A DNA stretch of 64,000 bases from contig JAZDQA010000005.1 of assembly GCA_043797085.1 (NCBI GenBank), forward strand, positions 139,453 to 203,452, written 5' to 3'. The notes under the pieces were generated by a model. That model did not search any database. It was not told the DNA's origin and saw only the letters and a list, made by a program, of their open reading frames with translations. Source of the DNA: Pseudomonadota bacterium. Lineage in GTDB: Bacteria; Campylobacterota; Campylobacteria; Campylobacterales; Sulfurimonadaceae. Shown here piece by piece: positions 50,848 to 60,374 of the stretch. Numbering within the stretch: the stretch's first letter is position 1; each line of letters begins with the position of its first letter. A program made the translations under genes and the position numbers.

Positions 50848-52419
50848 ATGAAACACGCAAAAATGGTAAGGGTTTTCCCTTATATCCTCTGTAGTCTTCT
50901 ATTGAATGTTGCTTATGCTGAAAACAGTGTACGGATCGATAATGATTTATACTTCCAGCATAATAATATTTCTGGTAACACTTCTAGTTCAATACTTACG
51001 AATGGTTTGACCTATTATGATGTCTTGTCACTCTATACGAACGGTAATCTTGCAGATTATACATACAGTCTAAATGTTGGTGTCAGATTAACAGATGATC
51101 AGCGAAAAGATCTTAAAAATGTTTCTCTATATATGTTGTCTGGACAAATAAAAAATGACGAGCAAGTGTTGGACTTGGGAGATTATTTTAGATCTTACTC
51201 TAAATATTCTATGAATTCAGGACTTAAAGGTGTGGCGTATACATATAGCAGTACGACAGGTGACACAATAGATGTTTTATATGGAATTGCTTATCCAAGA
51301 TGGGATAGTTTCTGGAACAATGAAGTTGAATCAACAAAACGGAAAGTTTACGGGGCGCGTTACAGTAAAAAAGTTAATGAGGAACTTACTGCTGGTATAG
51401 ATGTAGTTAAAACGGATGACAGTAACGAGGTGGTAGCCAATATTCCTCTTTATAAAACAACACTTTTGACTGTAAATTCTACCTATAGACCGATACCTGG
51501 ACTAAAGCTCTATGGAGAATATTCATTTTCAGAAAATGAAACAAGTGGAACTGGTGTCATAAAACAAAGTGGCGGGGCACTTTTTTTGCAGGCAGTAGGA
51601 AATAAAAATCCAAGTCGTGTTCAATTAGAATATGAGAGAGTCTCTCCTGATTTTAAAACACTAACAGGGTCAGGAACTCCTGATAGAGAAAAAGTAAAAG
51701 GAACCTGGCGATATAAAATGACGGATAAAATAACGTTTAATACAGGAATGTTATGGTTCAGAGATAATTTAGATGGAGATCAAGTAAATACTACGAATAC
51801 CTATAGACCTAACATAGGATTTACGTTTAAAGAACTTTTTGACAGACGTTATGCAGTTGTTGATCTAAATTATAAATTAAACAATATTGATAGTGGAGCT
51901 ACTAAAACATCCGATGATATGTATGATATGAACTATCGAGATAGATTCGGTATTGTTTATTCTGATATTAGTCTTGGCTACAATGTTTATGACATTAGCA
52001 ATAACGTGAGATATCAGAATGAATTTCGCTTCAATACAGCATTTAATACACGTCACACCTATGAAAATTTCGTCTTGAAGCCGTCAGTAATCGTAGGCAT
52101 ATTGGACATGAATGATGAGCTTACCAACAATGGAAACAATCAGTATGAACAGGCTGCATTGGGATTAGGACTGGATATCCCGAAACAAAACATTTCCTCA
52201 AATTTTAGAATCGGTAAAAATAGATCGACAAGAGATATTGGTGATAATATGGATTATGTGTTCAGTTCGTTAGACCTCTATTGGAATGTAGGCAAGGTAG
52301 ATCAATTTAGTAATATAATGATCTACTGTAAAACATTTCTCAATGACTACCAATACACGACATTGGCAAACAACTACCGAGAAGAAAGCATTACTCTCGG
52401 TGCAAAATTCTCATTTTAA
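50848..52419 (+). CDS. Predicted outer membrane beta-barrel protein
   Basis: Signal peptide, Y/N/D/G-rich amphipathic strands, C-terminal beta-signal ITLGAKFSF. Confidence 0.72.
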   Translation: MKHAKMVRVFPYILCSLLLNVAYAENSVRIDNDLYFQHNNISGNTSSSILTNGLTYYDVLSLYTNGNLADYTYSLNVGVRLTDDQRKDLKNVSLYMLSGQIKNDEQVLDLGDYFRSYSKYSMNSGLKGVAYTYSSTTGDTIDVLYGIAYPRWDSFWNNEVESTKRKVYGARYSKKVNEELTAGIDVVKTDDSNEVVANIPLYKTTLLTVNSTYRPIPGLKLYGEYSFSENETSGTGVIKQSGGALFLQAVGNKNPSRVQLEYERVSPDFKTLTGSGTPDREKVKGTWRYKMTDKITFNTGMLWFRDNLDGDQVNTTNTYRPNIGFTFKELFDRRYAVVDLNYKLNNIDSGATKTSDDMYDMNYRDRFGIVYSDISLGYNVYDISNNVRYQNEFRFNTAFNTRHTYENFVLKPSVIVGILDMNDELTNNGNNQYEQAALGLGLDIPKQNISSNFRIGKNRSTRDIGDNMDYVFSSLDLYWNVGKVDQFSNIMIYCKTFLNDYQYTTLANNYREESITLGAKFSF

Positions 52420-52428
52420 GGATCAAAA

Positions 52429-53715
52429 ATGAAAAATAAAATAGCTTTTTTACTGATCGGTTTTTTGTTTATTTTAGCCCCTTCATTGGAGGCAAAATGG
52501 TGGATTTTCGGAGGTTCTGAAGAAGAAGTCGGTTTTGATTATCTCTATATCAATAGTTTATCGTTTGATGATATTGATAAAGAAGCTGTCTTACCAAAAG
52601 AGAGTCTTGATAAAGGATATTTACATATCAGAGGAAAAGCAAGAACGGGAAAAAATGGAGTCGGTGCTGTTAGCGTTTCATTGGATGGTGCTAAAACATG
52701 GGGAAAAGCTAAGTTCGAAAAAGATGGAGGATTTGATTTTTCTTTTGAACCTAATTTTTCACAGTCCTATGATGTTTATGTAAAAGTGATTGATACAGCT
52801 GGTAAAGCAAATGAAATTGACAACAGCCATATAAAGATCAGTTTCAGTGATTCGGATTATCGCTCGTTGATTGCGGAGACCATTAATAAGCTCAAGAGTT
52901 ATTATGAAAAAGAAGATGATGTGGGTTTCATGCAGTATGTTGACCGAGCCTTTGAAGGTGATGATATGACTTTGGAGAGAGCATTACGTAAAGATTTCTC
53001 TGCATTAGAAAATATACGAATCAATTTTACGTTAAGCAGCGTAGCATTTTCAAACAATCACTACTATGCCTCTGTGTTATTTAACCGCACGGTCACTTCT
53101 TCGAGTACAGGCAAAACATATAGCGACAGCGGAGTAACCGAGTTTACTTTTTCCGTCGGTGAAAAAGCTGCAATGCTTTTATCGATGAAAAATCCGTTAA
53201 TTTTTGGATTGACCTATGCCGCTGATGTGGCGACAGGAACTGTTGTCACTGCTCAAAACAATACCCAGTTTTTAACCATCAGTGATAGCGGAACGGTAGC
53301 TGAAAGCACTTTAGCCGATATTATGAATAATACGACCAGTAATGATTATGTGACGAGCGGAACCTTTTACCTTGAAGCCAGCTGTACTCCGCCATGTAGC
53401 AATGCAGACGGCTTCAATTTTACCAACGATGAAAAAACATTTCTGATTAGTGATAGCGAAGTTTATAAAGAATCCAATCTGCTCTGGGGGAATAACGGCG
53501 CTCAGGTACAAAACCTAGGTGTAGTTGCTTTTAGCGGAACTACTGTGCCAGATATCGGATATGGAGGTAATGTAAGTATGGCGACACTTAATGATGTTAT
53601 AGCCGTGAGACTCTCTAACAATACCTATGCTCTTTTAAGAATTTCAAACATTGCAGGTGCAAGAGTTTATTTTGACTATAAATATAATCCTGACGGGTCA
53701 AGAGTCTTTCCATAA
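52429..53715 (+). CDS. Secreted protein with Ig-like domain and putative NTF2/SnoaL-like domain
   Basis: Signal peptide; VSVSLDGAKTW..A Ig-like motif; YEKEDDVGFMQYV..F helix pattern. Confidence 0.6.
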   Translation: MKNKIAFLLIGFLFILAPSLEAKWWIFGGSEEEVGFDYLYINSLSFDDIDKEAVLPKESLDKGYLHIRGKARTGKNGVGAVSVSLDGAKTWGKAKFEKDGGFDFSFEPNFSQSYDVYVKVIDTAGKANEIDNSHIKISFSDSDYRSLIAETINKLKSYYEKEDDVGFMQYVDRAFEGDDMTLERALRKDFSALENIRINFTLSSVAFSNNHYYASVLFNRTVTSSSTGKTYSDSGVTEFTFSVGEKAAMLLSMKNPLIFGLTYAADVATGTVVTAQNNTQFLTISDSGTVAESTLADIMNNTTSNDYVTSGTFYLEASCTPPCSNADGFNFTNDEKTFLISDSEVYKESNLLWGNNGAQVQNLGVVAFSGTTVPDIGYGGNVSMATLNDVIAVRLSNNTYALLRISNIAGARVYFDYKYNPDGSRVFP

Positions 53716-53737
53716 TAGAGATATGTAAAGGATATTT

Positions 53738-56650
53738 ATGAAAATCGCTTTACGTATAGCTACTATTTTATTTTTGTTTTTCTCATCGATGTCTGGGGAC
53801 GATACAAGTGCGGATATATGGAGAAAAATCGACGATTTAGAGAAACAAAAACCTCTTTTATCAGAGACCATAAACTATTGTAACGAACAAATTCCTATCG
53901 CTCAGAAGACAAAAAAAGATGTTGATGAATATGGCCAAAAGATGCAAGAAGTAGTCTCTAGCAATATTGATAAAACACTTAAAAGCGGTGCTTTAAATAC
54001 ACTTTTAGAAGTACATGGTTCCATTAATGGCGGCAAACTTGTCGAAATGGGAGCATGGCTTGTAGGAAAAGGTATCGGCATCGAAATGGACAAAAGTAGT
54101 ACGTTTGGCGGTCAGTCTTATACCAAACAAAAAATCGAAGGTATTTCAAAAATCCAAAAAAATATGACAAACGAGTTGGACAAACTGTACAAAATCAGTA
54201 ATTCGTCTGATGAAGCAATGACGTCGTATTACAATAAATACGGAAAATATGCAGATGAATTTGAAATTGGAGACGTTGGAATTTTTACGCAAAGAATGCG
54301 GCTTATTGTTGAACAATCGAGTACTTCGAGTCAATCATTGGATGAATTGCTTGAGAATTTAAGTAGAACTTTAGAAGATACCCAGCGTGAGTTGAATAAT
54401 GTAGACCAACAAATCGAGATGTTAAAACAACAGCTAGAAGACCTACGTAAGCAGGATAAAAATATAAATATACAATTGCCAAAAGCTCCTGAATTGAGTG
54501 AAAAAGAAGAAAATGCTGCAATAATTGTACCGAAAAAGCAACCTTCTATTTCAATTCCCGGTTTGCCATTGGGATGCAAAGAAGTTTATAAAGATTTAGA
54601 AATATCTATCGTAATAACAAGCACATTGAGCTCTATCGAAAATAATGCACAGCAGTCTCAAAATACCATGAATGAATATATTTCAAAACGAAATGAAGCA
54701 TTAAGTAGGTATCTTGAAGAAGCTATAAAAAATATTGATGAGATCAATAAAGTAGAAGCCTTATCTCATAAATATCGCCAATATGTTTTGAGTGGAAGTG
54801 ATCTTGCTAATATTAAGCAAGGACACTATCCACAAGGAGCGACATTTGCTAAGTTTATAGCAGAAACGACTGCATGGAATCATGAATTAATGCGAATTAA
54901 AGCTAAGAAAATAACCTCGCAGAAGAGCTTGGCAGATTCACTCATACGAGCCATACCAAGCTCTTATGATGAGCTTATTTCTCAGGAAATGGCTAATATT
55001 GGTTCATTAAAATATGCTCACGCACATATAATTGATGAATGCTACATTCAAAAAAAATCTTTAATCATTGCCAATGAACAATCTCCTGGAAGTGAAATAA
55101 TTGACACAATTAAAGGTATGAAGCACTCGTTGGATGTTGAAATACAGCAGAATGAGCGTTTACTAGAAGAGATGAAAACGGAGCATCCAAAAGTTGTTTC
55201 ACAGTTGGAGCGGTATTTTTCCAAGCGACGTTCTGAGATGAGAGAGGAGATGGATTTTTATGAAAAGCGGATCAGCAAAAAAGAGGCTTATGAAAATCAG
55301 CTTATAGTAATAATCGATAAACTTCAATCAAGGTATAAAAATGGGAATTTTACTATCGTAGATGGGAATGGATTTAAAAATTATCAATTAAATGTTGATG
55401 TTGTTTCAAAAGAAAATCTCTGTGCCCCTGTCCGTGAAATTAAATCTATACTTTCTTCAAATAATGTTCAAGGAATAATCTCTCTCGAAAAACAGATTAA
55501 AGGGATGTTGGAGTTGAGCTATATTTATAGTGCACCAGGACTTCCCTCTGCAGCATATTTTGAGTATGAAAGAGATTTAAAGAGTATTGAAGTACAGCAT
55601 GCACAACATACTACAAAATATATTGAGGCAATGAATACATATATAAATAGTAGATCAAATCTGCAGTCTATTGATGAATTAACAGCTAGTAATAGCTTTA
55701 TGCAGCTAGGAATGTTTTATCCAAAATCTGGGTTTTACGAGTTGTATCAGAAATTAGTAAAAAGTTCAGCTAGGATTAGAAGTGGACTTGTAAATCTTCG
55801 AGTAGAAATTAATGGTGCGCTTATTTTGCCGAAAATTCATAACGAAAAAGATAAAGAATTGCATGAATATTATGATCACGAAATAAAAGAGTTTAAAGAT
55901 AATTTTGGGTGTCTTCCTCTTGATTATCCTTTGAGTAGAGGTATTATCGAAGAATTTGATGCGCTTAAAGTACTTCTTGCTAAAGTCAAAAATAGACCAA
56001 CTTTTCTTGATGGGGTGTCAATGTTCCGTGAAGTCTCAGCTCTTAAAGTTAAAGTGTCGAATTTTACTATTGATACGGAAAATGTGGCGCAATACATGAT
56101 AACCTACACATCTATCAAAGACGAACATACCAAGTACCATACACTTATAAATGAAACGTACAAAGAGGATCTTTTATCTAGCGATAAAACGGCTTTAAAT
56201 AGAGTATTGATAGAGATTGATGAAATGATGCTGGCACATGATAATGTGATGAGTAAGCTCCAGTCAGGCTCACAGCAAAAGGAAGTTGAATCGCTTTATG
56301 TGAAGTTTGCAGAGTATTATGCTAATAAAAATCTTTCTGGGCTCATGAATTTATTGTCCGATCAGTGGATGAGCAGCAGTGATGGTACCACATTGATGGA
56401 TTTGGAAAATACACTGAGCAATAGTTTTTCCATCTTCAATGAGATCAAATGCCAAATAGGATCTATTAATATCGAGTCAGCTGGAATGCACAAATACCGT
56501 GTTAATTATACAATCACGATAGAGGGATTTAATTATGAAAATGACATTAAGCACGTAGAAAAATCATCTGTCAGCGAAGAAGTAGAATTTATAGATGGAA
56601 AAGCAAAAATAGTCAAAACTCTCAATGGGAAGTATTGGACAACAAGATAA
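53738..56650 (+). CDS. Large secreted coiled-coil protein with putative C-terminal NTF2-like domain
   Basis: Signal peptide, heptad repeats, C-terminal LY.KF...Y..KNL.GLM.LLS.QW pattern. Confidence 0.6.
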   Translation: MKIALRIATILFLFFSSMSGDDTSADIWRKIDDLEKQKPLLSETINYCNEQIPIAQKTKKDVDEYGQKMQEVVSSNIDKTLKSGALNTLLEVHGSINGGKLVEMGAWLVGKGIGIEMDKSSTFGGQSYTKQKIEGISKIQKNMTNELDKLYKISNSSDEAMTSYYNKYGKYADEFEIGDVGIFTQRMRLIVEQSSTSSQSLDELLENLSRTLEDTQRELNNVDQQIEMLKQQLEDLRKQDKNINIQLPKAPELSEKEENAAIIVPKKQPSISIPGLPLGCKEVYKDLEISIVITSTLSSIENNAQQSQNTMNEYISKRNEALSRYLEEAIKNIDEINKVEALSHKYRQYVLSGSDLANIKQGHYPQGATFAKFIAETTAWNHELMRIKAKKITSQKSLADSLIRAIPSSYDELISQEMANIGSLKYAHAHIIDECYIQKKSLIIANEQSPGSEIIDTIKGMKHSLDVEIQQNERLLEEMKTEHPKVVSQLERYFSKRRSEMREEMDFYEKRISKKEAYENQLIVIIDKLQSRYKNGNFTIVDGNGFKNYQLNVDVVSKENLCAPVREIKSILSSNNVQGIISLEKQIKGMLELSYIYSAPGLPSAAYFEYERDLKSIEVQHAQHTTKYIEAMNTYINSRSNLQSIDELTASNSFMQLGMFYPKSGFYELYQKLVKSSARIRSGLVNLRVEINGALILPKIHNEKDKELHEYYDHEIKEFKDNFGCLPLDYPLSRGIIEEFDALKVLLAKVKNRPTFLDGVSMFREVSALKVKVSNFTIDTENVAQYMITYTSIKDEHTKYHTLINETYKEDLLSSDKTALNRVLIEIDEMMLAHDNVMSKLQSGSQQKEVESLYVKFAEYYANKNLSGLMNLLSDQWMSSSDGTTLMDLENTLSNSFSIFNEIKCQIGSINIESAGMHKYRVNYTITIEGFNYENDIKHVEKSSVSEEVEFIDGKAKIVKTLNGKYWTTR

Positions 56651-56733
56651 GTAATACGAGAGTAAGTTTGGAAAATGTGGACATTCTCTCGCTGTCTAAA
56701 GCACTTGAATATCGGGTTAGTATTTAACCTCAG

Positions 56734-58392
56734 TTACCAAGGCAGTGTGAAGCGCTTTTCCTCTTTACCGTGAATAACATAATAGAGCTCGTAATAATGA
56801 TTGACGATGGTTTTGAAACGAGCCAAGCTTGGTTTTGTGGTGGCAAAAAGAAGATGATCGCCATCGTTTAAAACCGTTGACTCATCGGGTAACAGGATAA
56901 ACACTTCTTTATTGCGCATTAATCCCAGTACGACGATTTCAAGATCTTGACCGTCTTTGTAGGGATTGTTGATCAGTTGTCCTAGGGTAACGGGAGTATG
57001 TGCGAGAAACTGGCTGAGTGCATACATCGTATTTTTATTAATTGTCATTTCCAGCAGTGCGGGTCGTTTGTTGACTTTATCTGTGATGGTAAGCAACGTG
57101 TTCATCAGCTTTTCTTTGTTAAACACTGAAATACCTTCGATGAAATTAAAGGTCATAGGGCGATCGATATAGTTGTATCCATCGAGTGCCGCGATTTGAT
57201 CAAGGACAAAAATTTTATCAACACGAAGATGGGAAAATAAACTTCGTTCTTCCAGTTCATTTTCTCGAACGATTGCAAAAATCGTTGGATTAAGAGAACG
57301 TGCGGTTGCAATAATAGAGAGATTGATCGCATCATCATTGGTTCCGGCAATAATGCAGGATGCTTCTAAAATTCCTGCTTCAAGAAAGAAATCTTGGTCA
57401 GAAGAGACTTTTTCATGAATTTCTTTGTTGATGTCCAAATAGGTGTAATTGATTTTATTTTTATCCAAAGTATTTTGGATGGTCTTTCCAAATCGTCCGC
57501 GAGAACACACAATGTATTTTCCTGTAGGAAGAACATCACTTTTACTGACGTGTAAATTCCCCCCTTGTACCCAGTTCAAAAGATTAAAAAGATAAGGTGA
57601 TTTAAGAGCGAAATCAATGCGTTGAGCAATGATAGAGAAAATATCAATAACATGGTTTACGCCGATATTGCTGAGATTTTCACCTCCATGCCTAACCCCT
57701 GAACGTGCGATGATCTCTAAATTTTCGTTTAGGATTCTGGCACGTACCGAGATTTTGAGATTGAGCTGATCATCATCGAAAAGGGTCACGATAAATTTAC
57801 ATTTTGGAGATTGAACACCGGACGATTTAAGAACATCTGTCATCGACGCATCTGCAACAATAGCAGGGATAGAAGGCATGTAAAGTTCACTTTGGAGTGA
57901 TTCGATCTTTTCTACATTTTTATCGATGACAACAATACGGTAGAGGTTATCGTTCGTCAATCGGTCGATCAGAAGTTTTCCCGCATCGGTATAGCCGCAG
58001 ATAATGATAAAGTCTTGACTCAGATGGCGTACTTTACGTCGGAAGGTATTCATTTTAATGGCATATAAAAACATTTTGTCTTGGAGCAGAGCAATGATGG
58101 AACCCAAAGCGTAAAGCCATGCGGGAACCGTTGCATAAATCGTTAGAAATACGACAATGCGTTGAGGATAACTAAAAGGATAGGGGATCTCTCCAAAGCC
58201 AATGGTGGTTGCGGTATAAGCAACGATGTACATGGCATCAAAAAAAGATAAATGGGCGGGATTTCCCTGAGCATCGATTCCCGGCACGATGGTTAAAAGG
58301 ATAACCGGAATAGCATGGGCAATATTCAAAATAATGAGGGGAGCCCTCATTTTTCGTAAAAAAAGCCAGATAGAGGATTCGTTCGTCATCAA
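56734..58392 (-). CDS. Potassium channel protein with RCK/TrkA domains
   Basis: Selectivity filter TTIGFGE between TM helices, IICGY NAD-binding RCK domain, second RCK domain. Confidence 0.88.
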   Translation of the reverse strand: MMTNESSIWLFLRKMRAPLIILNIAHAIPVILLTIVPGIDAQGNPAHLSFFDAMYIVAYTATTIGFGEIPYPFSYPQRIVVFLTIYATVPAWLYALGSIIALLQDKMFLYAIKMNTFRRKVRHLSQDFIIICGYTDAGKLLIDRLTNDNLYRIVVIDKNVEKIESLQSELYMPSIPAIVADASMTDVLKSSGVQSPKCKFIVTLFDDDQLNLKISVRARILNENLEIIARSGVRHGGENLSNIGVNHVIDIFSIIAQRIDFALKSPYLFNLLNWVQGGNLHVSKSDVLPTGKYIVCSRGRFGKTIQNTLDKNKINYTYLDINKEIHEKVSSDQDFFLEAGILEASCIIAGTNDDAINLSIIATARSLNPTIFAIVRENELEERSLFSHLRVDKIFVLDQIAALDGYNYIDRPMTFNFIEGISVFNKEKLMNTLLTITDKVNKRPALLEMTINKNTMYALSQFLAHTPVTLGQLINNPYKDGQDLEIVVLGLMRNKEVFILLPDESTVLNDGDHLLFATTKPSLARFKTIVNHYYELYYVIHGKEEKRFTLPW

Positions 58393-58396
58393 GGTA

Positions 58397-58774
58397 TCAG
58401 CGTTTCAATAATAAGGTTTCACCAACGAATAATGAGACAGAGATAACATTAGCCACCAACGCTCCTGTGGCGAGAGAAACGACGATAGTAAAAAGTTCAG
58501 GAGTCATGACGCTGGTCATGTTGACAATACCCCAAACCGATGCGGCAGCAATGAGCTGTAAATCGGCAACAAAACTTGTCGCGAGCAATACCGAGCCTGT
58601 TTGGGTCTTATCCCCAAGTTTCATAATGGTGGCAATGAGATTGACGACAATAGCAGCTACAAGCTCATAGACGCTGTGATACGCGATAACGTCAATATCT
58701 CCCACTACAAACCCAAAGTTGAGCGTTAATGCAAGGATAATAAAAAAACCTGAGATGACTTTTTCTGAATTCAT
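58397..58774 (-). CDS. Small membrane protein upstream of the K+ channel (DUF6394-like)
   Basis: Four TM segments, LALTLNFGF and ADLQL motifs; 4 nt from the channel gene. Confidence 0.7.
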   Translation of the reverse strand: MNSEKVISGFFIILALTLNFGFVVGDIDVIAYHSVYELVAAIVVNLIATIMKLGDKTQTGSVLLATSFVADLQLIAAASVWGIVNMTSVMTPELFTIVVSLATGALVANVISVSLFVGETLLLKR

Positions 58775-58848
58775 TGAATATCTCCTAAATTAAATTGAGA
58801 ACTGATATTACACACTTTTTGTAAGAAGAGTGTCAAACATCCCGAAAT

Positions 58849-58944
58849 TCTCGAAAAATTTATTTTTCGTAGCTTTAGGGGGTTGCAAGGGACATTTGTC
58901 CCTACCACTGAAACGGATTTATTCGTTTTAGTGCGTAACATCAA
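58849..58944 (+). repeat. Dispersed structured repeat, copy 2
   Basis: Matches 41779-41874 with conserved hairpins. Confidence 0.85.
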
Positions 58945-58991
58945 GTAAAAAGGAAATTGTATATTAAATTTCCTTTTGTACTGCAAGCGTT

Positions 58992-60245
58992 TTAGGAAAC
59001 GGGGTTATCAATAATTTTTTCAGCGGTTTGATTCAGACGAATCAATCCCGCACCGGTGTAGACATTACGAGGATTCCACAGTATCCATCCGCAGCTTCCG
59101 AAATCATCACTGGCTCTGATTTGATCACGAATCTCTTTGTCCCCGTATACACGACGGTCAAACGCATAATCTTTAAACGCTTGGAGCCATGGACGGTAAC
59201 ATAACGGAGAGTTGCCTGATTTTAAAAGAGCTTTGTCCAGAGAGTGTTTGACAATCTCATAGTTGGCTTTTACCGGATTTGGAAAGCCGGGAATTCCTGC
59301 ATTAAATCCGCTTGGATAGAGCATTGGTGAGAGATAATCGACGTATGGGGCGAGGGCATCGACGCGCTGACCGATTTCGATGTCAGCATCATGCCAGCTG
59401 ACATAGCCGAAAATATCGGCAGAGATAAAGACATTATACGGTGTTAAACGTGTACGCGCTGTTTCCAAAAATCCTGCAATTGCTTTGACCCGATTGGCTT
59501 GAGTATTTTCGACAGAAAATTTAATCCCTTTTCGATCGGGAAAGCGGACGTAGTCAAACTGTACTTCATCAAATCCTGCTTTTGCCGCATCAGCAGCAAT
59601 GTCGATGATGTAATTATAGGGTTCTTTGTGCGAGGCATCTATCCAATACAAGCCCTCTTTGTCTTTGAATAATGTTCCATCGGTTTTTTTGACTCCGTAT
59701 TGCGGGTAAGCTGTGATATAAGGGGTGTCTTTAAACGACACAATGCGTGCAATAACGTAAATCCCTTCTTTATGAAGATCTGCAACGAATTTTTTGATAT
59801 CTTTGAATAAAATGACCTCTTGAGCACCGATTTTATTGGCGATAGGATTGGCGGTTTTAAAGGCGATTTGTCCACGATCCATTTTAATATCAATAACGAG
59901 AGCGTTAATTTCCGTTGTGCGGATCAAATGCTTGGCATTTCCCATAAGTTTACTGCTGGTCGCACCAAAACTTGATAGATAGAGCGCTTTTGGAATGAAT
60001 CGGCTTAGATACATTTTCCCGCCGGTTACGTAAAACTTACGTTCATATCCAACGGCTCGAACACCGATAGTCGTAGCCGTGGGAACACTGAATGAACCGT
60101 TACTGTCACTTCGATACTCTTTAGTGCCTGAAATAATAATGGCATTTTCAATCGGTTTTAAAGTTGCCTTGTCATAGATGGTTCCTGTGACCATAGCACT
60201 CCAGCCTAAGGTAATGGTGAGTGCTAAAAATACGAATGCTTTCAA
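58992..60245 (-). CDS. Secreted putative glycoside hydrolase (DUF4015-like) with N-terminal carboxypeptidase-regulatory-like domain
   Basis: Signal peptide; NALVIDIK, IARIVSFKD, GFDEVQFDYVRFP, PMLYPS, RPWLQAF, WNPRNVY. Confidence 0.82.
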   Translation of the reverse strand: MKAFVFLALTITLGWSAMVTGTIYDKATLKPIENAIIISGTKEYRSDSNGSFSVPTATTIGVRAVGYERKFYVTGGKMYLSRFIPKALYLSSFGATSSKLMGNAKHLIRTTEINALVIDIKMDRGQIAFKTANPIANKIGAQEVILFKDIKKFVADLHKEGIYVIARIVSFKDTPYITAYPQYGVKKTDGTLFKDKEGLYWIDASHKEPYNYIIDIAADAAKAGFDEVQFDYVRFPDRKGIKFSVENTQANRVKAIAGFLETARTRLTPYNVFISADIFGYVSWHDADIEIGQRVDALAPYVDYLSPMLYPSGFNAGIPGFPNPVKANYEIVKHSLDKALLKSGNSPLCYRPWLQAFKDYAFDRRVYGDKEIRDQIRASDDFGSCGWILWNPRNVYTGAGLIRLNQTAEKIIDNPVS

Positions 60246-60374
60246 TGGGTTTCCTCTGGAATAGTCTTATCGCGCAATAGTAGCAAAAAATGAGCCATTC
60301 TAAGTACAATAATGTTAAAATTATAAATATTATTAATTTAGTGTTTTTTCCATGACGTTTAAAAAGGGGCTAAT

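Larger units (their letters stand above)
50678..56726. mobile_element. Integrase-free islet bounded by a direct repeat of the recR 3' end
   Basis: 50678-50739 and 56665-56726 match at 60/62; three AT-rich genes lie between. Confidence 0.8.

Noticed and set aside
58771..58986. 71-aa ORF between the glycoside hydrolase and the small membrane protein
   Set aside because: Runs antisense through the structured repeat; likely spurious.
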